Assembly (NCBI GenBank): GCA_002633005.1
Contig: NMRA01000109.1
Coordinates: forward strand, 842,624-906,623
Direction: 5' to 3'
Length of the DNA: 64,000 nt
Source of the DNA: Phoronis australis
Taxonomy: Eukaryota; Animalia; Phoronida
A program made the position numbers and the translations under genes. The notes beneath the pieces are model-generated. The model made no database searches. It saw only the letters and a list, made by a program, of their open reading frames with translations, and had not been told where the DNA came from. Of this stretch, positions 28,076 through 42,207 are shown piece after piece. Position 1 is the first letter of the stretch. Each line of letters begins with the position of its first letter.

Positions 28076-31000
28076 NCAATGCAGAATGGAATCAACTTTT
28101 AATGCCCTTGTCACTTACATAATAGCCTATGCACAGAGCAATCACAATTGTTTTGTATGTTCTCCAAGGTTATTCCAACAAGCGCAGACTGTCTTCATAT
28201 AATTGACTTCCCTGCGGGTCGGTTTAAGTATAAAAAATTGAGAAATTAATGACATCTAGCATAAATATACATGCCCCATGCCAGGCAGGGAAAGTGATAA
28301 TGAAAGAACACCCACTGGGTTTTTTTAGCCCAGTTTCTGAAAGGGCGCTCCAATAATGGCTCTTGGGGAGGGCTTTTTGAGAAATCTCCAGAACAGTTAT
28401 TCCACCAGGGAGATTTCGCAGTGACTAGGCAAAGAAATTAAAATTTGCTTTGCTGGACTGTGAACATGCAAGCATGTGCAGTTTTATGATAATTGATCAT
28501 GCTGGTCTAATACAGGTGTGAAACAATTGTGCCAGGTGAAGCATGCATTATAGATAAGCCAGCATTAAAATATATCATGTAAACCTCTGAAACGGATTCG
28601 TTAAAGAATACGGCGGGAAATCTCCCCTCCTATTTCACACAGAACCAATCCCCGGATTGGCTATGTTCCAATACTTTTGATGTAAATGATAACAAATGGC
28701 ACAGCTCTTCTTTTTAAGAATCTCATTAAAATGTTACTTATTTGGAGGCATTTCTGATCAATTTGACATATTTTAGTGTCTTTGAAATCTATTGACTTTG
28801 ATAATGCGACATTAATAACCTTCAAAAACGGCTCTGTGAAGCTGTGAGCGAGTCACACAATACAAACACTACATGTGACCAATCCACTGAATTACTATTG
28901 TATTAGCTGAGTTCAGACCAACTAAATCCGGTTGTAACTGTTGTAACCGGAACGTAATTGTTAACGTTCACATTCCCACCAATATTTAAAACTGACGTAA
29001 TCATACGTAGTTCTTGGTATCCGTAGTCGCCATTCGTTCGTGCTACCACTCTCTGATTCACCTCAGATTTGACAGCATCGCCACATACGAGTTATAACTT
29101 GTACACAGAGTTTAAACAATTATAACGTCAGAGAGGGTTATAACCAGGCTAGTTACAACTTTTAAAACCAGTCTTGAAGTGTTCAGACCAAGCTCTAAAT
29201 CACTTTTAAAATTATATCAGCTTTGTGTAGAGAACAGGGCATCAGTCAAAGACAAATTGTTATGAAAAGCGTGAGAATGCAACTTATTCGAAACAATTTA
29301 TGTTTTCAAACTTGCTCACATTCACCACTTGCAGTTAGAGGAAATGCATTTTATAAAATATGGAAAACAGGCCAAAATGATTAAAAAAGGTAACATCTCC
29401 CTTTAAGTAAAACATATCAACAGTTATTATCTACCTTTGCCTATGAAGACTTGGGTCTCCTATAGCCAAACCAATGCCTCATTTGAGGCTGTATGCTAAC
29501 CCTCATGTGTCCACCACACAGCCAGCCTTTCATAACACATCTGGCATGGATAAATATGACAGTTGGGAACACAAGTATTGATTTTAAATTCACACTTGAG
29601 GACTCGTTATTTCACAATCATTCTGTGATGATACAGAGCTCTAGACATCAGTCCAGTTGTACAGGGGGACAATACCGAAACATTATCTAACACACTGGTT
29701 AGCTCATAGAGAGTCCAATTTTCCATTTTTAAAACCTTAAATTCCACATTTTTTGCTTTATAAATGAACAATTTCTGTTTTTATATTTCAAAGAAAAACA
29801 TAAAAATGCCTGGTAATTGCTGTATACTTTTCCACTGCATATATTTCACAGACACCTATTACTTATAATTTACTGTTAGTCATGTTTATTACTTCTCAAA
29901 ACCAGAAACAGACCAGCACAACCTTCAGAAAGAATGAACTATTTATATACATGTCCACTTCAAAGTCATCATCGGTAGACTTGGGGACCAAATCAGTTTC
30001 GCTGAATGGATATTTTAATAACCAAAAACCAAAAATACTAAAAATATGATATCTACAACTGAAATCAGTTCAAATTCCATTCAAAACATTTACTTCCGTT
30101 AAGAAGTGCAATAATGTGAGTTCGTTCTGTGTTCCATTACGCATCCAACATAAAAGTGGTTGACAAAAGCTTCAAGCCTACAGGACTTATGTCATGTATG
30201 AGAACATTATATCATTGGCAAATATCTAGATGAAGCACTTACAACTAAGAATAAGTTTACTTCTCTAAAATAGCTATGAGCTTCATGAGTCTGGAAACTA
30301 ACGCTCAAACAAGGGACAGGAAATCAAATGTTTCAATGAAATATAAACAGGTGCCAGTATTAACTGAACATAGGGTACAGCAGCTGCCTGACATACAACA
30401 CAAAGATCCCTCATGTGAGAATAAATTGCATCAACAAGTTGAGGTACAGGCACACAACCAGGCTACTATGGTTATTGATTCTTCACATTAGCATGCTAAT
30501 CAGCCTTTGAAAAATGGAAAAGTGAAAATTTTGGCAATCATGCTCGTCAACAATTGTAAAGAATGGACAACTGTGAACATAGTCTGTTACGTCACCAGCG
30601 TCAGTGTTCAGCGATTGTTGCCGGGACATTTATATGTAAATGAACCGCTGTGTTGGCCGGGTGCATTCAAATGTTCGACCTGTGTGCGGCAGTCGAGAGC
30701 CAGCCGTGACACGGTGTAGACGTGTCTAAAAGCTGTTCAGAGAAAGTGGAACGTTTGTGTCGACACTAGACTTGTGACATTCAGCGGAAAAAGTGGGGAC
30801 CGCAATATGATGGTGTTCAAAGTCGGATGCTGACCACAAGTGACTGTGCACGAACTGTGTGAAATAAGCTGGACTCCGACTCAGTGATATTAGTTTGGGT
30901 GCCACATGGAGAGCGGTCGACCCAGTTATGAAACATTAATTACATGTGTAAATGTTCGTTTTTAATGTTGAAGCTTCATTAAATATTATTTCTTTTAAAC

Positions 31001-34000
31001 TTGTTATTTTCTACTAAATTGTGTCAATTAAGTCACGTCATGACAATAATGACTGTAGTTTTGGTGCAAAGCTGTATAAAAGTACACCTTTCAACGATGT
31101 GGGTAAAAAGTGAGCAAAATTAAATCAAGACACAAAATTTATGTCACTAAACACGACATTCTTCCTAGAGTAAGACAAGTATGTTATGGGTGCTAAACTG
31201 CCATCATTACTATATTCTGCAGCTACATTTGAGGACCACTCATGAGTAGGCTTTTAGCCAGTTTCTTTGTGATGCTACAAAAATGTGCTTTTCTTCTTCC
31301 ACAGGGTTCTTGCTACAATTAGTTTAACTTTGTTTTTTTTTAAATTTTTAGAAGTTTAAACTGAATTTCTAAGCAAATGTTGCTTCCGTAAAATTGTCAC
31401 TATCAACCAACAGATGCCGCAAGTAATCGACTAAGGATGTCTGTAGTTTGTAGGCAATTACATCGCCCTGAATGCTCCAGGCATACAAGGGCGATAGTAC
31501 ATATCCCCATAAAAAGTTAGCCATTTCAAAATACAGCAAACAAAATCAAATGAAACAGGCAGATATACACATGGAATTATAACTAACCCAAACCATGACT
31601 CTAGATATAATTTAGTAAACATAACTAGAATTCATCCATGAAAATCCGAAGCGGTTCGCTCGAGTTTCTCACCAGGTGCCACACTGAGGATACGGTATTA
31701 CATGTGATCACGCCTGCTAACCAACAAAAAGTCCAAGGGACAAAAATCTTACGAAATTTACCTAATATCTTCTCGTACTGCAAATGTCACGCGCCAGCTC
31801 ACGCGCACTTCGCTCAGTCTCGCCCTAGCCTTTGCCTAACTCACATGACTCAGTTGAAATATTTGGTGGTGTTTACGCACGCGGTGAAAAAGTTAACGAT
31901 GACCAAACAACTGAAGGTGGAATTCTTCGCCAGTCACCATAATTCTCGTACCTATGCTTCATTGAACACTGAAGAAATTAAGTGCTTTTTAATGTGATAG
32001 TTTTAAGTGTAGAATGTATTTTAGATGACGTGAAAACTCTTCATCAGCGAGTGGATTTCACCTACTGCCCGTTTAAAATACACGGGATGAAATTCGTACA
32101 GAAAGCGATGGGAAGTATGGTAGCCCCTAAGGGCCTAACCGGAAAACAGAGGGGCTATGTGTTGCCTACATATTGCCAAACTATTTTAAGTCAATAATAG
32201 ACTTGTTATCTATTTTCACCGTGCCCACAGGGAGCACGCGCAATGTTAACAATGGCCAGTTGCAAATTTGGGCCACTAAATGAAGGATAGCTAGAACAAA
32301 AAGTTTGATTATAGCAGTATTTGTTCGAGTTGGAATTATTAAGAGATCCGACAGCCTCCTAAGCCTCAGGTGTCTCTCTTTGCGCAAAAGGTACTTATAA
32401 CACAGTTTTAATCTGTGTGAGGCATAATTCGCCGAAAATTTCCCGGGCGTACTGTCTCTACTGTGGCCAGCTAGAGTCACTGTCTAGGGCAATACGTGGT
32501 CTGACAACATGGGGAAAAGACCCGAGATCCAAGCCCAGTCTAAGGTCGGGGCACGGGAAACCAGTTTTTATCTTACGTCGCTTCAACCTTACAAAGGACT
32601 TGGTTTTCGAAACCACCAATTAATATTGTCGTAAATCTAAACAATACTTACCACTTAGTTTTCTTGATCATCGTCGGAAACTTTGAAAGAAATAACCGCG
32701 TAAATCCGGTGCGCAAGCCCACATGAAAAACGACAGGCTACCAATAAAATGTAGGTCATTGGCAGCGTAAAGTTCCCCCTCGTAAAATGAATACCGCTTT
32801 CGCAACAAAGCGGTCGGGGCAAAAATATTTTGTTTGATTTAATTTAATGCTTTTAAGTTTTTATTTGTCTTTCGCTGTGTATATTTCACACATCACAACA
32901 CAAAGCAGGCGTGCAAAACAAAGTAAACTCACGATTCACTGAGGGAGGAATCTTCAAAATGCAAGAGCAATGCAGAGAGTACCCGCCGTCTAGCCACGGT
33001 TTCGTACTTTGTCTCTACGCAAGCGACATCTTGTGTTTCGTTGCAAACAAGGTCAGAAATTATCAGTACTGCCTCTTTTCTAACCCTGGTACATAAAAAT
33101 GCCACATTTGCCTTTTTGTAAAAAGAAATAAATGAAATAACGTAAAAGACAAACTTACCTCTTGCGACAATACATAAAGCAATGGTTTGGTCAGTAATAA
33201 AACCCGAGTCAAGACTGCCAGAATAATCATTGGCCTATCACTTACTACTTGAGAAAGCTTCGCTGTGATGATCCCTGTTCTTTTGGTCTTCGGCAGTGTA
33301 AACAAATAAGATTGACTATGTTTGTGATTTACTGTAAGCCTGGTGTACTAGGGGGCTGTATGCCAACTTACCTTCACGTGTTAAAGTTCGTCGGGAACAA
33401 CTATATTATTACTTGCATTCTTGGGACACCTAGTCGAATAATACACAATAAACCGTTTCTAGACAAAATAATGAAAAATTGTGACGAATTCGCTACTGAT
33501 AGAATATTTCTTATTCATCGATGGATAACATCACCACCGCCATAGAAACACACTTCAAATCTGTTACAGAATCTCCGTCGGTGTCCATGATCACCACCAG
33601 AATGCGTGCGGAGTAATTAACATGATTCCTCCCACCCAGTATCAGTAATTTCAACAAAATGCGTCCTCACTAAAATACGCCATGAGCCCATTTCCTCCTA
33701 AACTGCTAAACGTAGATGCAGTGTCTCGGCGTTATACTTATTAGATTCAGTAGAGATACCAAAAATGCACCAATCAAAAGAACAGAGTGGCTTGTAAAAC
33801 TTGTTCAGATAACAGATTTTTTTAATGTCACACTTAATTGCCAGTTCAATGATTTTGGACGTGTGTACTTGCAAGATCCGTGGAAGAACATGGTTTCCGA
33901 AAATGGGCCCAGGGCATATTTTCGATTTGCCTTCTTACCTTTGCTGCAGTGCACGTTTTTAGAAATTAGATTGAACTTGGGGCGACCCAATTTTGCTTGC

Positions 34001-37000
34001 TCATCCACTGGTCTGTGTACTTGTGGTCGTGTTAATTCGCACTCCATGGTATCCCGAGATTAAGATGAATCCCGACAAGGACACCGGGACCCTATCTGCG
34101 GCGACTAAGAAAATCCTCCACCAATCATTTCGAAAAATGACAAGTCAGTTGAATCAGATTTGGTAGTCGTTGCTTCTTGAGGCCGTAGAGGTAGGCTAAC
34201 AAGAATACAGGACCTGGAGTCCGATGCAACGGGCCTGGAACCTGATAGGTGTTTCTGACCGGGAGTTCCATATCTACTTTCCACAGGACCTTGTCTTCTT
34301 GTCCACGTCACCGCCTTCAGTTGATGGTTTTGAGACAAAAAAGAAAAGTGATCTTAAACTACCATGCTTTTTGTATTACTAAGATAGTTTTAGAGGCATT
34401 CAGGTGTAAGTGTATTTAATTGTGTTTGATTCGAAAGAGATGACTGTTACATTGCTAATTATTATTGTTCTATTTTTACCCGAGGTGATACCTTACTTGC
34501 AGCAAGGGTAAGTAATTTTGGGAAGTATTACCGGCGATTTCCGTATATAAGTTCGGGAAACCAAACGTCTTATGTAAAAATACACCAGGGCCTATACTCG
34601 GCAATGTCGAATACACGAACACAATACTGTAGTAACTCACCCTAAGTATATCCTACTATTATTTTTAGATTTCAAGCATGCATTTTTATTCTCAGATATG
34701 CATCCCAGATATATTTTAGGGAAAAAATTTAAGGTACGCAAATTGGGCATATATTCTGCTGGAAATCTACGGTGGATCTTTTTAAACCTGTTAACCATGA
34801 AAATTTCATTGGGACAGTTTTGTTCTACTAACATGTTCAACTAACATTCCGTTAATGTAAGTCGGTCAGTACGTTCGCGTTTAAGGCATTATTGCAACAG
34901 GTAAGTGTTGTTTTGATTTTTGTTTGGTGTTTCCATATTTTATTTTGTTATTTATTCCCATCTTCAGATAGTCACTGTTATTCTTCAACAACATTTCTGT
35001 ACTGATAATGAGACTTCAGTAAACTCGCGACTGTTTATACTTTAAATGTTAGCAGAAGTGTGTAGCGTCCATCAGCAGAGACCTATAGGAAGAACTATTT
35101 GCATATAAATGACACAATGAAATGAGAACGGTCGACAAAGAAGGATTGTAATTGGTTAAGTATTTGTTAAGAAAGAAAATTAAGTATATAAGTAGTAGAC
35201 TGGTTCTTGAATTGCCTGGTTTACGTCCTTCATGAGTTCAAGCTGTCCCAAATTGAATGTTTTCGTTTTTCTTTTCAGGTCGTCACTAGTCGATTCTTCT
35301 GACTGTCCTGATCTGCCCAGTAGCCTATTGTATCAACGTGTGCAACGGTCTTGGCAGGGGGGGTGCACCTAGCAGACTCCCTTAGAATTAGTGGCACAAA
35401 CTCGACATTGATGTGCAGCAGGAGGCCGGGNGGGGGGGGGGGGGTTGCGGCGTAAATTAGTAGTGACTGAGGGAGACTGAGGTGCGCGAAATTGGTGACG
35501 ACCATGGACGGCGTTAAACTGGTGACGATCAGAAGAAACGGCCCTGTTATCTTCCACGCATATTATCAGAAAATGTTAAAGATTATAAGATTATCAGTTT
35601 CATTTCATCCACAAACAGATTTCACAAGTCAGAGTTTTCACAGTGATTAAAAAGGTAATCGAACACAGATGTGTCATTTGTGTCACCTCAGTTGCATGAA
35701 GACGCGCCAGTGTATCCATGAGTTAACATCGGGCGTTTCAAAGGCTGTGGATGAGAAAAGTTTTAATTGTAAAAAACGGTTGGGTGAATTTGATGTTAGT
35801 AGCATTTGAAATGGCATTCGCTTTCTAGCAGCACTGTACTAGTCGGCGCATTCCCATCGTTTGCAGTACGCCTAAACATGTAGAACGACAGCGCTTCTTC
35901 AACAATTCAGATGACTACCAGGACGACGAATTGGAATCACGAGTAGATGAGAAACTACTCATTTTACTATCATGATTGCCTTTGTAATCTATTTTAGGTA
36001 ATTGTTCATTCGAAGTTTTCATGTTGAAACTGAGCTTTCAGTTAATATGGAAATAAACGTGTCAGTGTTAACTTGCGTTTCGGTTTGTAACCAGCAGACA
36101 ATGCATGAATACGTTTAACAAATATAAATATATGCTATGTTCTTGTCATTGTTCATCACTTTCTTCATTGAACTCGTTCCCACATCCATTACTGTTACGT
36201 TTAATGCAAAATTCGTTAAAATTGAGAAAGCGCATGTTTTGATGGTCGGAAACCCTCTTTGTGCGTCGAATACGCAAGTCCAGCTTTTTATTGTGAAACC
36301 ATGCGTTGACAGCGCAAACTCGATATTTTTTATTGAGAAAACGCATTTTTACAAAAGAGAATCAGTTGTCTGCAACGTTTCATGTGCGTCAACAACGCAA
36401 ACCAGACCCTCTCACTGGAAAGCCCATATTTGTCACCAGGAACTCTTTTTTCACAACGAAGCCCGATATTTCAAGTGAGATAGCGCATTTTTGAAGATTC
36501 CGTCACTCGCCAAAAACGGTTTTTGAGCATCGGCAAAGCCAGCCGAATATTTCATGTTGAGAAAGCGCATCTCTGAAAAGAAGAACCAACACTTGTCGGG
36601 AACGGTGTTCGTGCGTCGACAACGCACATTTCTTATTGGGAAAGCCAGATTTTCAAAAATTAATCGCGCAGACCATTTGAGTCTCACTGACCTGCAATTA
36701 TACTGCTATCAGACGACCGAGCCAGCAATATTGATACTACGACCGCTCATCGAAATAATGTACACCCACGAAATTCGGACACTTAAGCGCGCAAATCCAA
36801 ATTAGTGGAGGTCCGCCAAATTCGGACGCCACAAAAAATTAATGATGTTTCGCGAGATTCGTCCAATAATGATTTTTTTCTATTGCAATTAATTTTCAGT
36901 GTCCGAAAATCACGCGACTTTACCGTAGCTCCACCAAACGAACCAGGCGGGACATTGACAAAAAGTAAAACTAACACAGAATACAATTTATAAAGAAAAT

Positions 37001-37005
37001 CACAT

Positions 37006-37011
37006 TTTATT
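37006..37011 (-). promoter_or_regulatory. Candidate polyadenylation signal (AATAAA) for IPO5
   Basis: AATAAA on minus strand followed ~20-40 nt later by a GT/T-rich tract; implies a ~2.6-kb 3'UTR; not confirmed. Confidence 0.35.
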
Positions 37012-39649
37012 ACGAGTCTCAGTTGGCAAATCACAAACTGGTCATCTTTAAAACACCAGGCAGAATACAATATGAAATCAACATTTGCATGGAGCATGCA
37101 AAATAACAAGGTTTTTAACAAGAAAATAAAATTTTGAGGGAACCCAGAGACATGCAGGGAACATTTTCTCAGTGCACATCAGCACCGAATGACACCTGTA
37201 CTTTTCTACACAGAATACAATGAGCCTAGAGATAAGACTCATCAGTTAACAGCGCCATTTGTTTGAGCATATGAATTTGACAAAAAACACTCTAGTTTCA
37301 CACACCAAAACCAAATTTAGAGTCATCAAAAATGGAAATAATCTTTAAGTTTCAGAGAGACAACCTTTCTAGTTATAGTATACTTTTTAATCTGCACAAA
37401 AACATACACACACCTTCAAATCGAAAAACACCTTTAATACAGGGTTGATTGGTCCATGCCCTGGACACACCAGAGCAGTTGACCAGACATTCTTTGCTTA
37501 GCCAAGAAAAGACCTTGACATATGTGGCAACAGAAGCGAACTTGATTACAGTCAGCATTCAAATCCAAATCAAAATACACTATAGAAGATCAGCTGGATG
37601 ATGGATAAATCAGTGATACATTCATAGGCTGAATTATAATATTCTGTTGAAAATGACATTCCATTTACACCTAACAGCCTCTAACATATAACTATTGCTT
37701 AAGAGAGATTAAATTTCCTATGACCAAGCCAAATCAACAACTGTTAACTTTCTTTAGACTAGCACCAATACCGGTTCAACATACATTTTTACACTGCCAC
37801 AAGCACTTCTCTGGCAGGTACTGTGGTCATCTGATTTTACCACCACAGACAAAATTGCGTGTTTTGAATTCAGAAACATGAGCAAAAACTATGCAGTAGT
37901 GTACACCGTCACTTTCCCATTAGCAAAACTCCGGTCTATCAGAACTCTCCTCATCTTTCCCAATTAGTCCTCTAAAGCAGCCACATCAGTGTTAAAGCTA
38001 GTTCCAGGTATTAAACACCAGATGGCATAATTGAATCAAACTATCAATTGAATGTGTGTATCGAATGTCGTGACCTCTAACTGAGTGGACCTAACCTTTC
38101 CCATTCCAGTTTAATTCACCAATTTTGAGATGAGACGAGTAGCAATGGCTATTTGAAGTCCACGAGTTACCCTTTCCAACTGGCCAGTGGAGTTGCAGGG
38201 CTGATGGGAAAGTGACATAATGCAAATCACAAACAAGATGTGAGGTCTTGAGAGATTCTCAGGGACTATGCAGAGCCCATGATCACGCCAGTCTTCATTC
38301 ACTGACACTTGTACATATTCTACGAAACAAACACCTCTACGCATACACAGCGTGGTGTTTTTGTCTACAAGACGATTACACTTTTAAAACGTCCCACAAT
38401 CACTACACGTGCAACTTTTCGACATATCAGCGAACAGGTCCAGGAATATAAACTTAGAAAACATGCTCATAATTACAGTCCTGGATAATGCTTAAGAGTT
38501 GACAAAAATGCAGGCAGATCAGATAACTAAGGTTAATGACAAGAATCAGTAACTTTATTACAGCAATTAACTGAACCATCAACATTCCACCTTGTCATGT
38601 AACAGTGCATTTACATTTGCAGTGACACAGTACCCAGGTTAGATATCCAATACTATATATAAAATTTGATAACACTACTTGAAAATTAGTCCATGAATTT
38701 AAGAAATAAATTAAATTGTCCATACATCTCATTGTCTAGGCAACACTTTCCTGTCCGTTAGGGGTACAAGGATGCGCCCCTACATAGCATAGGTAGGTAT
38801 ACAGTAAGTGTACGCATTTAGGACCAAGTGCCAGCACGTGAAGTTGTGTCTGTGAATTTTGACAAGCGCCCTTATGAACCACAGCAACTGAACGAAATCA
38901 ATGTAATATGAAGATTGACTTGATCAGATGCCAGATGCTGGCATGTTTTCAATTCAAGATTACAAATCCATTGAAACACATTAAGAACACACAACCATTC
39001 TAAAAATGCAAGTGTAACAGTGTTCATGAAAAGTGACTTAAGAATAAAGTCAGAATTTTGTCACAACTCTCTGCACAACTATCTCACTTGAGCAAAAATG
39101 CAGCCTGAGAATATACCCATAACTGCTAGTTACTGAGATAATTTTCCTAAATTATTTCTCGACTGTGACGCGCTGATTATTAATGGTTAAACCACGCTCA
39201 GTAAACTGCGAAGTGGGTACCTAAGACTGAATTTCTGACTTACGTTTTAAGACACTTTCACGAAACAGACCTCAGGAAACCAGTTTGTGCCTAAGTGGTG
39301 TTAGTATACGAGAACGTACACGCAAAACACTTAAGCAAAAATAACTTTCTGAAAAACTATTTCATGCCTGTGCCTAAATATGTACACTAACGAAATGTTT
39401 GAATGAAATAAATCCATGCTATCATATTTCATTCACAAAAGGCAGTATCGCATACTCCAAACAAAAAAGCCATATGAAAAGCTTTTGCAGATTATTAACT
39501 CTCCAGGAAAGTATTGGCAGAATGAACATTTTTGGTTATAAAACGAGGAAGATATTTCAGGCCTTCAGCGGCACGGTCATGTCTGACAGTGGGCTTTGTA
39601 CTCCATGGCGTGGCAAATGATTTCTCTTTTGTGTCCTCCAACAATCCCT

Positions 39650-39726
39650 TTAGACAAGTGCTGCTTGTATTGCTGTGAGCATGGAGTTAACTGCATGGTG
39701 CACTCTCGGAACACATCTGCGTTGGT
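39650..39726 (-). CDS. IPO5: Probable importin-5 terminal coding exon (TNADVFRECTMQLTP / LTAIQAALV*), apparently lesioned
   Basis: Resembles the IPO5 C-terminus (EC..QL.P....AIQ) after a pyrimidine tract, but the acceptor reads CAA and the two halves are in different frames. Confidence 0.6.
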
Positions 39727-40244
39727 TTGGAACAAAGAGAAGACAACAATGAAACACAAACATTAGACTCCAATGACAAGTTGTTCACAAAAGCTTTGCA
39801 TACAAATCTGCTTACAAAGTTTGACATTGAATATTTTTTGGCTAACAATTCTACAGCATCTCGAGTACATTTCGATGTGAAAAGACACATTGCCAACTAA
39901 AAATGATGGCGCTTTGACTGAGTGACACTTGATGAAATCGACTAAATAAGGAAGCCAATGAGTAATGATGAAAATACTGCCTCCTTAGACAACAATGAAC
40001 ACGTCACCTCTGATGAAACAGAGAATGACCTTGACATCGCCCCGTCAATAGATGTCGGAGATACGGCACCACAAATCAATAAATGAAGGATCACTTCTCA
40101 GAAAATGTCAAATTAAAACTGGTAAGCTGTAACGAAATACAGACGACACACTCCAGATAGCCCTCGATGAGGCCTATCTGCGTACTAACTTTCAGAATAT
40201 TGCCACAAAGGACTGCACAGCCGGAGTTCCACAAATGATTCTTC

Positions 40245-42207
40245 AAACAAGAGCAACGCAGAGCGTTGAAATGCGCCCACAATTGCACCGTATATGGTAT
40301 CCTTCTAGGGTTGTTTATTGGTACCATAAAGTGGCCAGTAGAGGGTATATATGTAGTATGCTGTACTGTGCAAAATGGAAAGGGATGGTCATTGTCTCCT
40401 CAATAGGCTAGGGGCAAAATGTGAGTGATCTTCATAATACAAGCACATCCTATACATCAGTTGCTTAAAGCACCACAGAAACATAGAATTAAAAACAAAT
40501 TTACCAACATAGGAGATTAGCACAGCATTAGAATGCCAGAAACAAATTTCTACTTGGAACTTTTCCTTCATAGTCACGAAGAAACACAAAGTATACACCT
40601 GAAGACCTATGAAAATACAGAGGTCAATGTAAAATACTAAAATTGCCACTAGAGGCATACCAGTAGTCAGAATCATCCTAAAGTCGTCATCGTCCGTTGT
40701 CAACATCACATAAATACACTTGCTAAATTTAGTAAAGATCCTGCAAACGGTTTGGGAGATACAGCCATGGGCGCAAAAAAAAAAATGCCACTAGGAGGCG
40801 CCACAGTAGTCCAAATCGTCTGAAAATCATTGTCAGCTGTCTTCCTTATAGTAAGCACATACACGCCAATTTTCACAATCATCCTTTGAGCGGTTTGGTT
40901 GATAGAGGAGTGGACGCAAAAATACAGACTCGAAAACAGTAAAAATGGCCACTAGGTGGCGCAAACTATGTCGAATCCATCTGAAAACGGGAGGATAGCG
41001 TCATCTCACTAATAGGTGCCTACATACCAAATTTCATGAAAATCCGTTCAGGACTTTTGAAGATACAAAGGTAAGCGTAAAAAACTAAAATTGCCACTAG
41101 GGGGCACACCGGTAGTCGGATCCGACCAAAAGTCGTCATCTTCCGTTGTTAACATCATATAAATATACTTACACAATTTGTAAAGATCCTGCGAACGGTT
41201 TAGGAGATACAGCCATAGGCGCAAAAAAACAAAACTGCCACTAGGAGGCGCCACAGTAGTCGAAATCGTCGGAAAATCATCGTCAACCATCCTCTACATA
41301 GTAAGCATATACATGCCAATTTTCACAATCATCCTTTGAGCGGTTTGGTTGATAGAGGGGTGGACGCACAAAAACAGACTCGAAAACACTAAAAATGGCC
41401 ACTAGGTGGCGCAAACTATGTCGAATCCATCTGAAAACGGGAGGATAGCGTCATCTCACCAATAGGTGCCTACATACCAAATTTCATGAAAATCCGTTCA
41501 GGACTTTTGAAGATACAAAGGTAAGCGTAAAAAAATTAAAATTGCCACTAGGGGGCACACCGGTAGTCGGATCCGTCCAAAAGTCGTCATCTTCTATGGT
41601 TAACATCATATAAATACACTTACACAATTTCGGAAAGATCCTGCGAACGGTTTAGGAGATACAGCCATAGGCGCAAAAAAAACAAAACTGCCACTAGGAG
41701 GCAGCACAGTAGTCGAAATCGTCGGAAAATCATCGTCAACCGTCCTCTACATAGTAAGCATATACATGCCAATTTTCACAATCATCCTTTGAGCGGTTTG
41801 GTTGATAGAGGGGTGGACGCACAAAAACAAACTTGAAAACACTAAAAATGGCCACTAGGTGGCGCAAACTATGTCGAATCCATCCGAAAATGGGAGGATA
41901 GCGTCATCTCTCTAATAGGTGCTTACATACCAAATTTCATGAAAATCCGTTCAGGACTTTTGAAGATACAAAGGTAAGCGTAAAAAACTAAAATTGCCCC
42001 TAGGGGGCACACCGGTAGTCGGATCCGTCCGAAAGTTCGCACATGCTGTCCCATTCATGAATGGAACATAAGTGCCAAATTTCATGAATGTATGTCAAAG
42101 GGTTTTGGAGATAGAGCAGCGGACGCCGGACACCGGACGCCGCCCGGACGGACGGACGGAGATGACGGCATAATGCGTCCATATATAAATATGTGGGCGC
42201 ATAAAAA
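40245..42207 (-). mobile_element. Helentron-associated non-autonomous element (HINE/DINE-1-like) with ~450-bp tandem cores
   Basis: Terminal hairpin CAACGC-AGA-GCGTTG; subTIRs ATGCGCCCACA (40271) / TGTGGGCGCAT (42192); inner inverted copy; (CGGA)n microsatellite; core period 448-452 bp; A-run termini. Confidence 0.88.

Noticed and set aside
30720-30930. Mariner transposase remnant (VTVHEL, WVPH-like words)
   Set aside because: Too degenerate and no TIRs found; cannot support without a profile search
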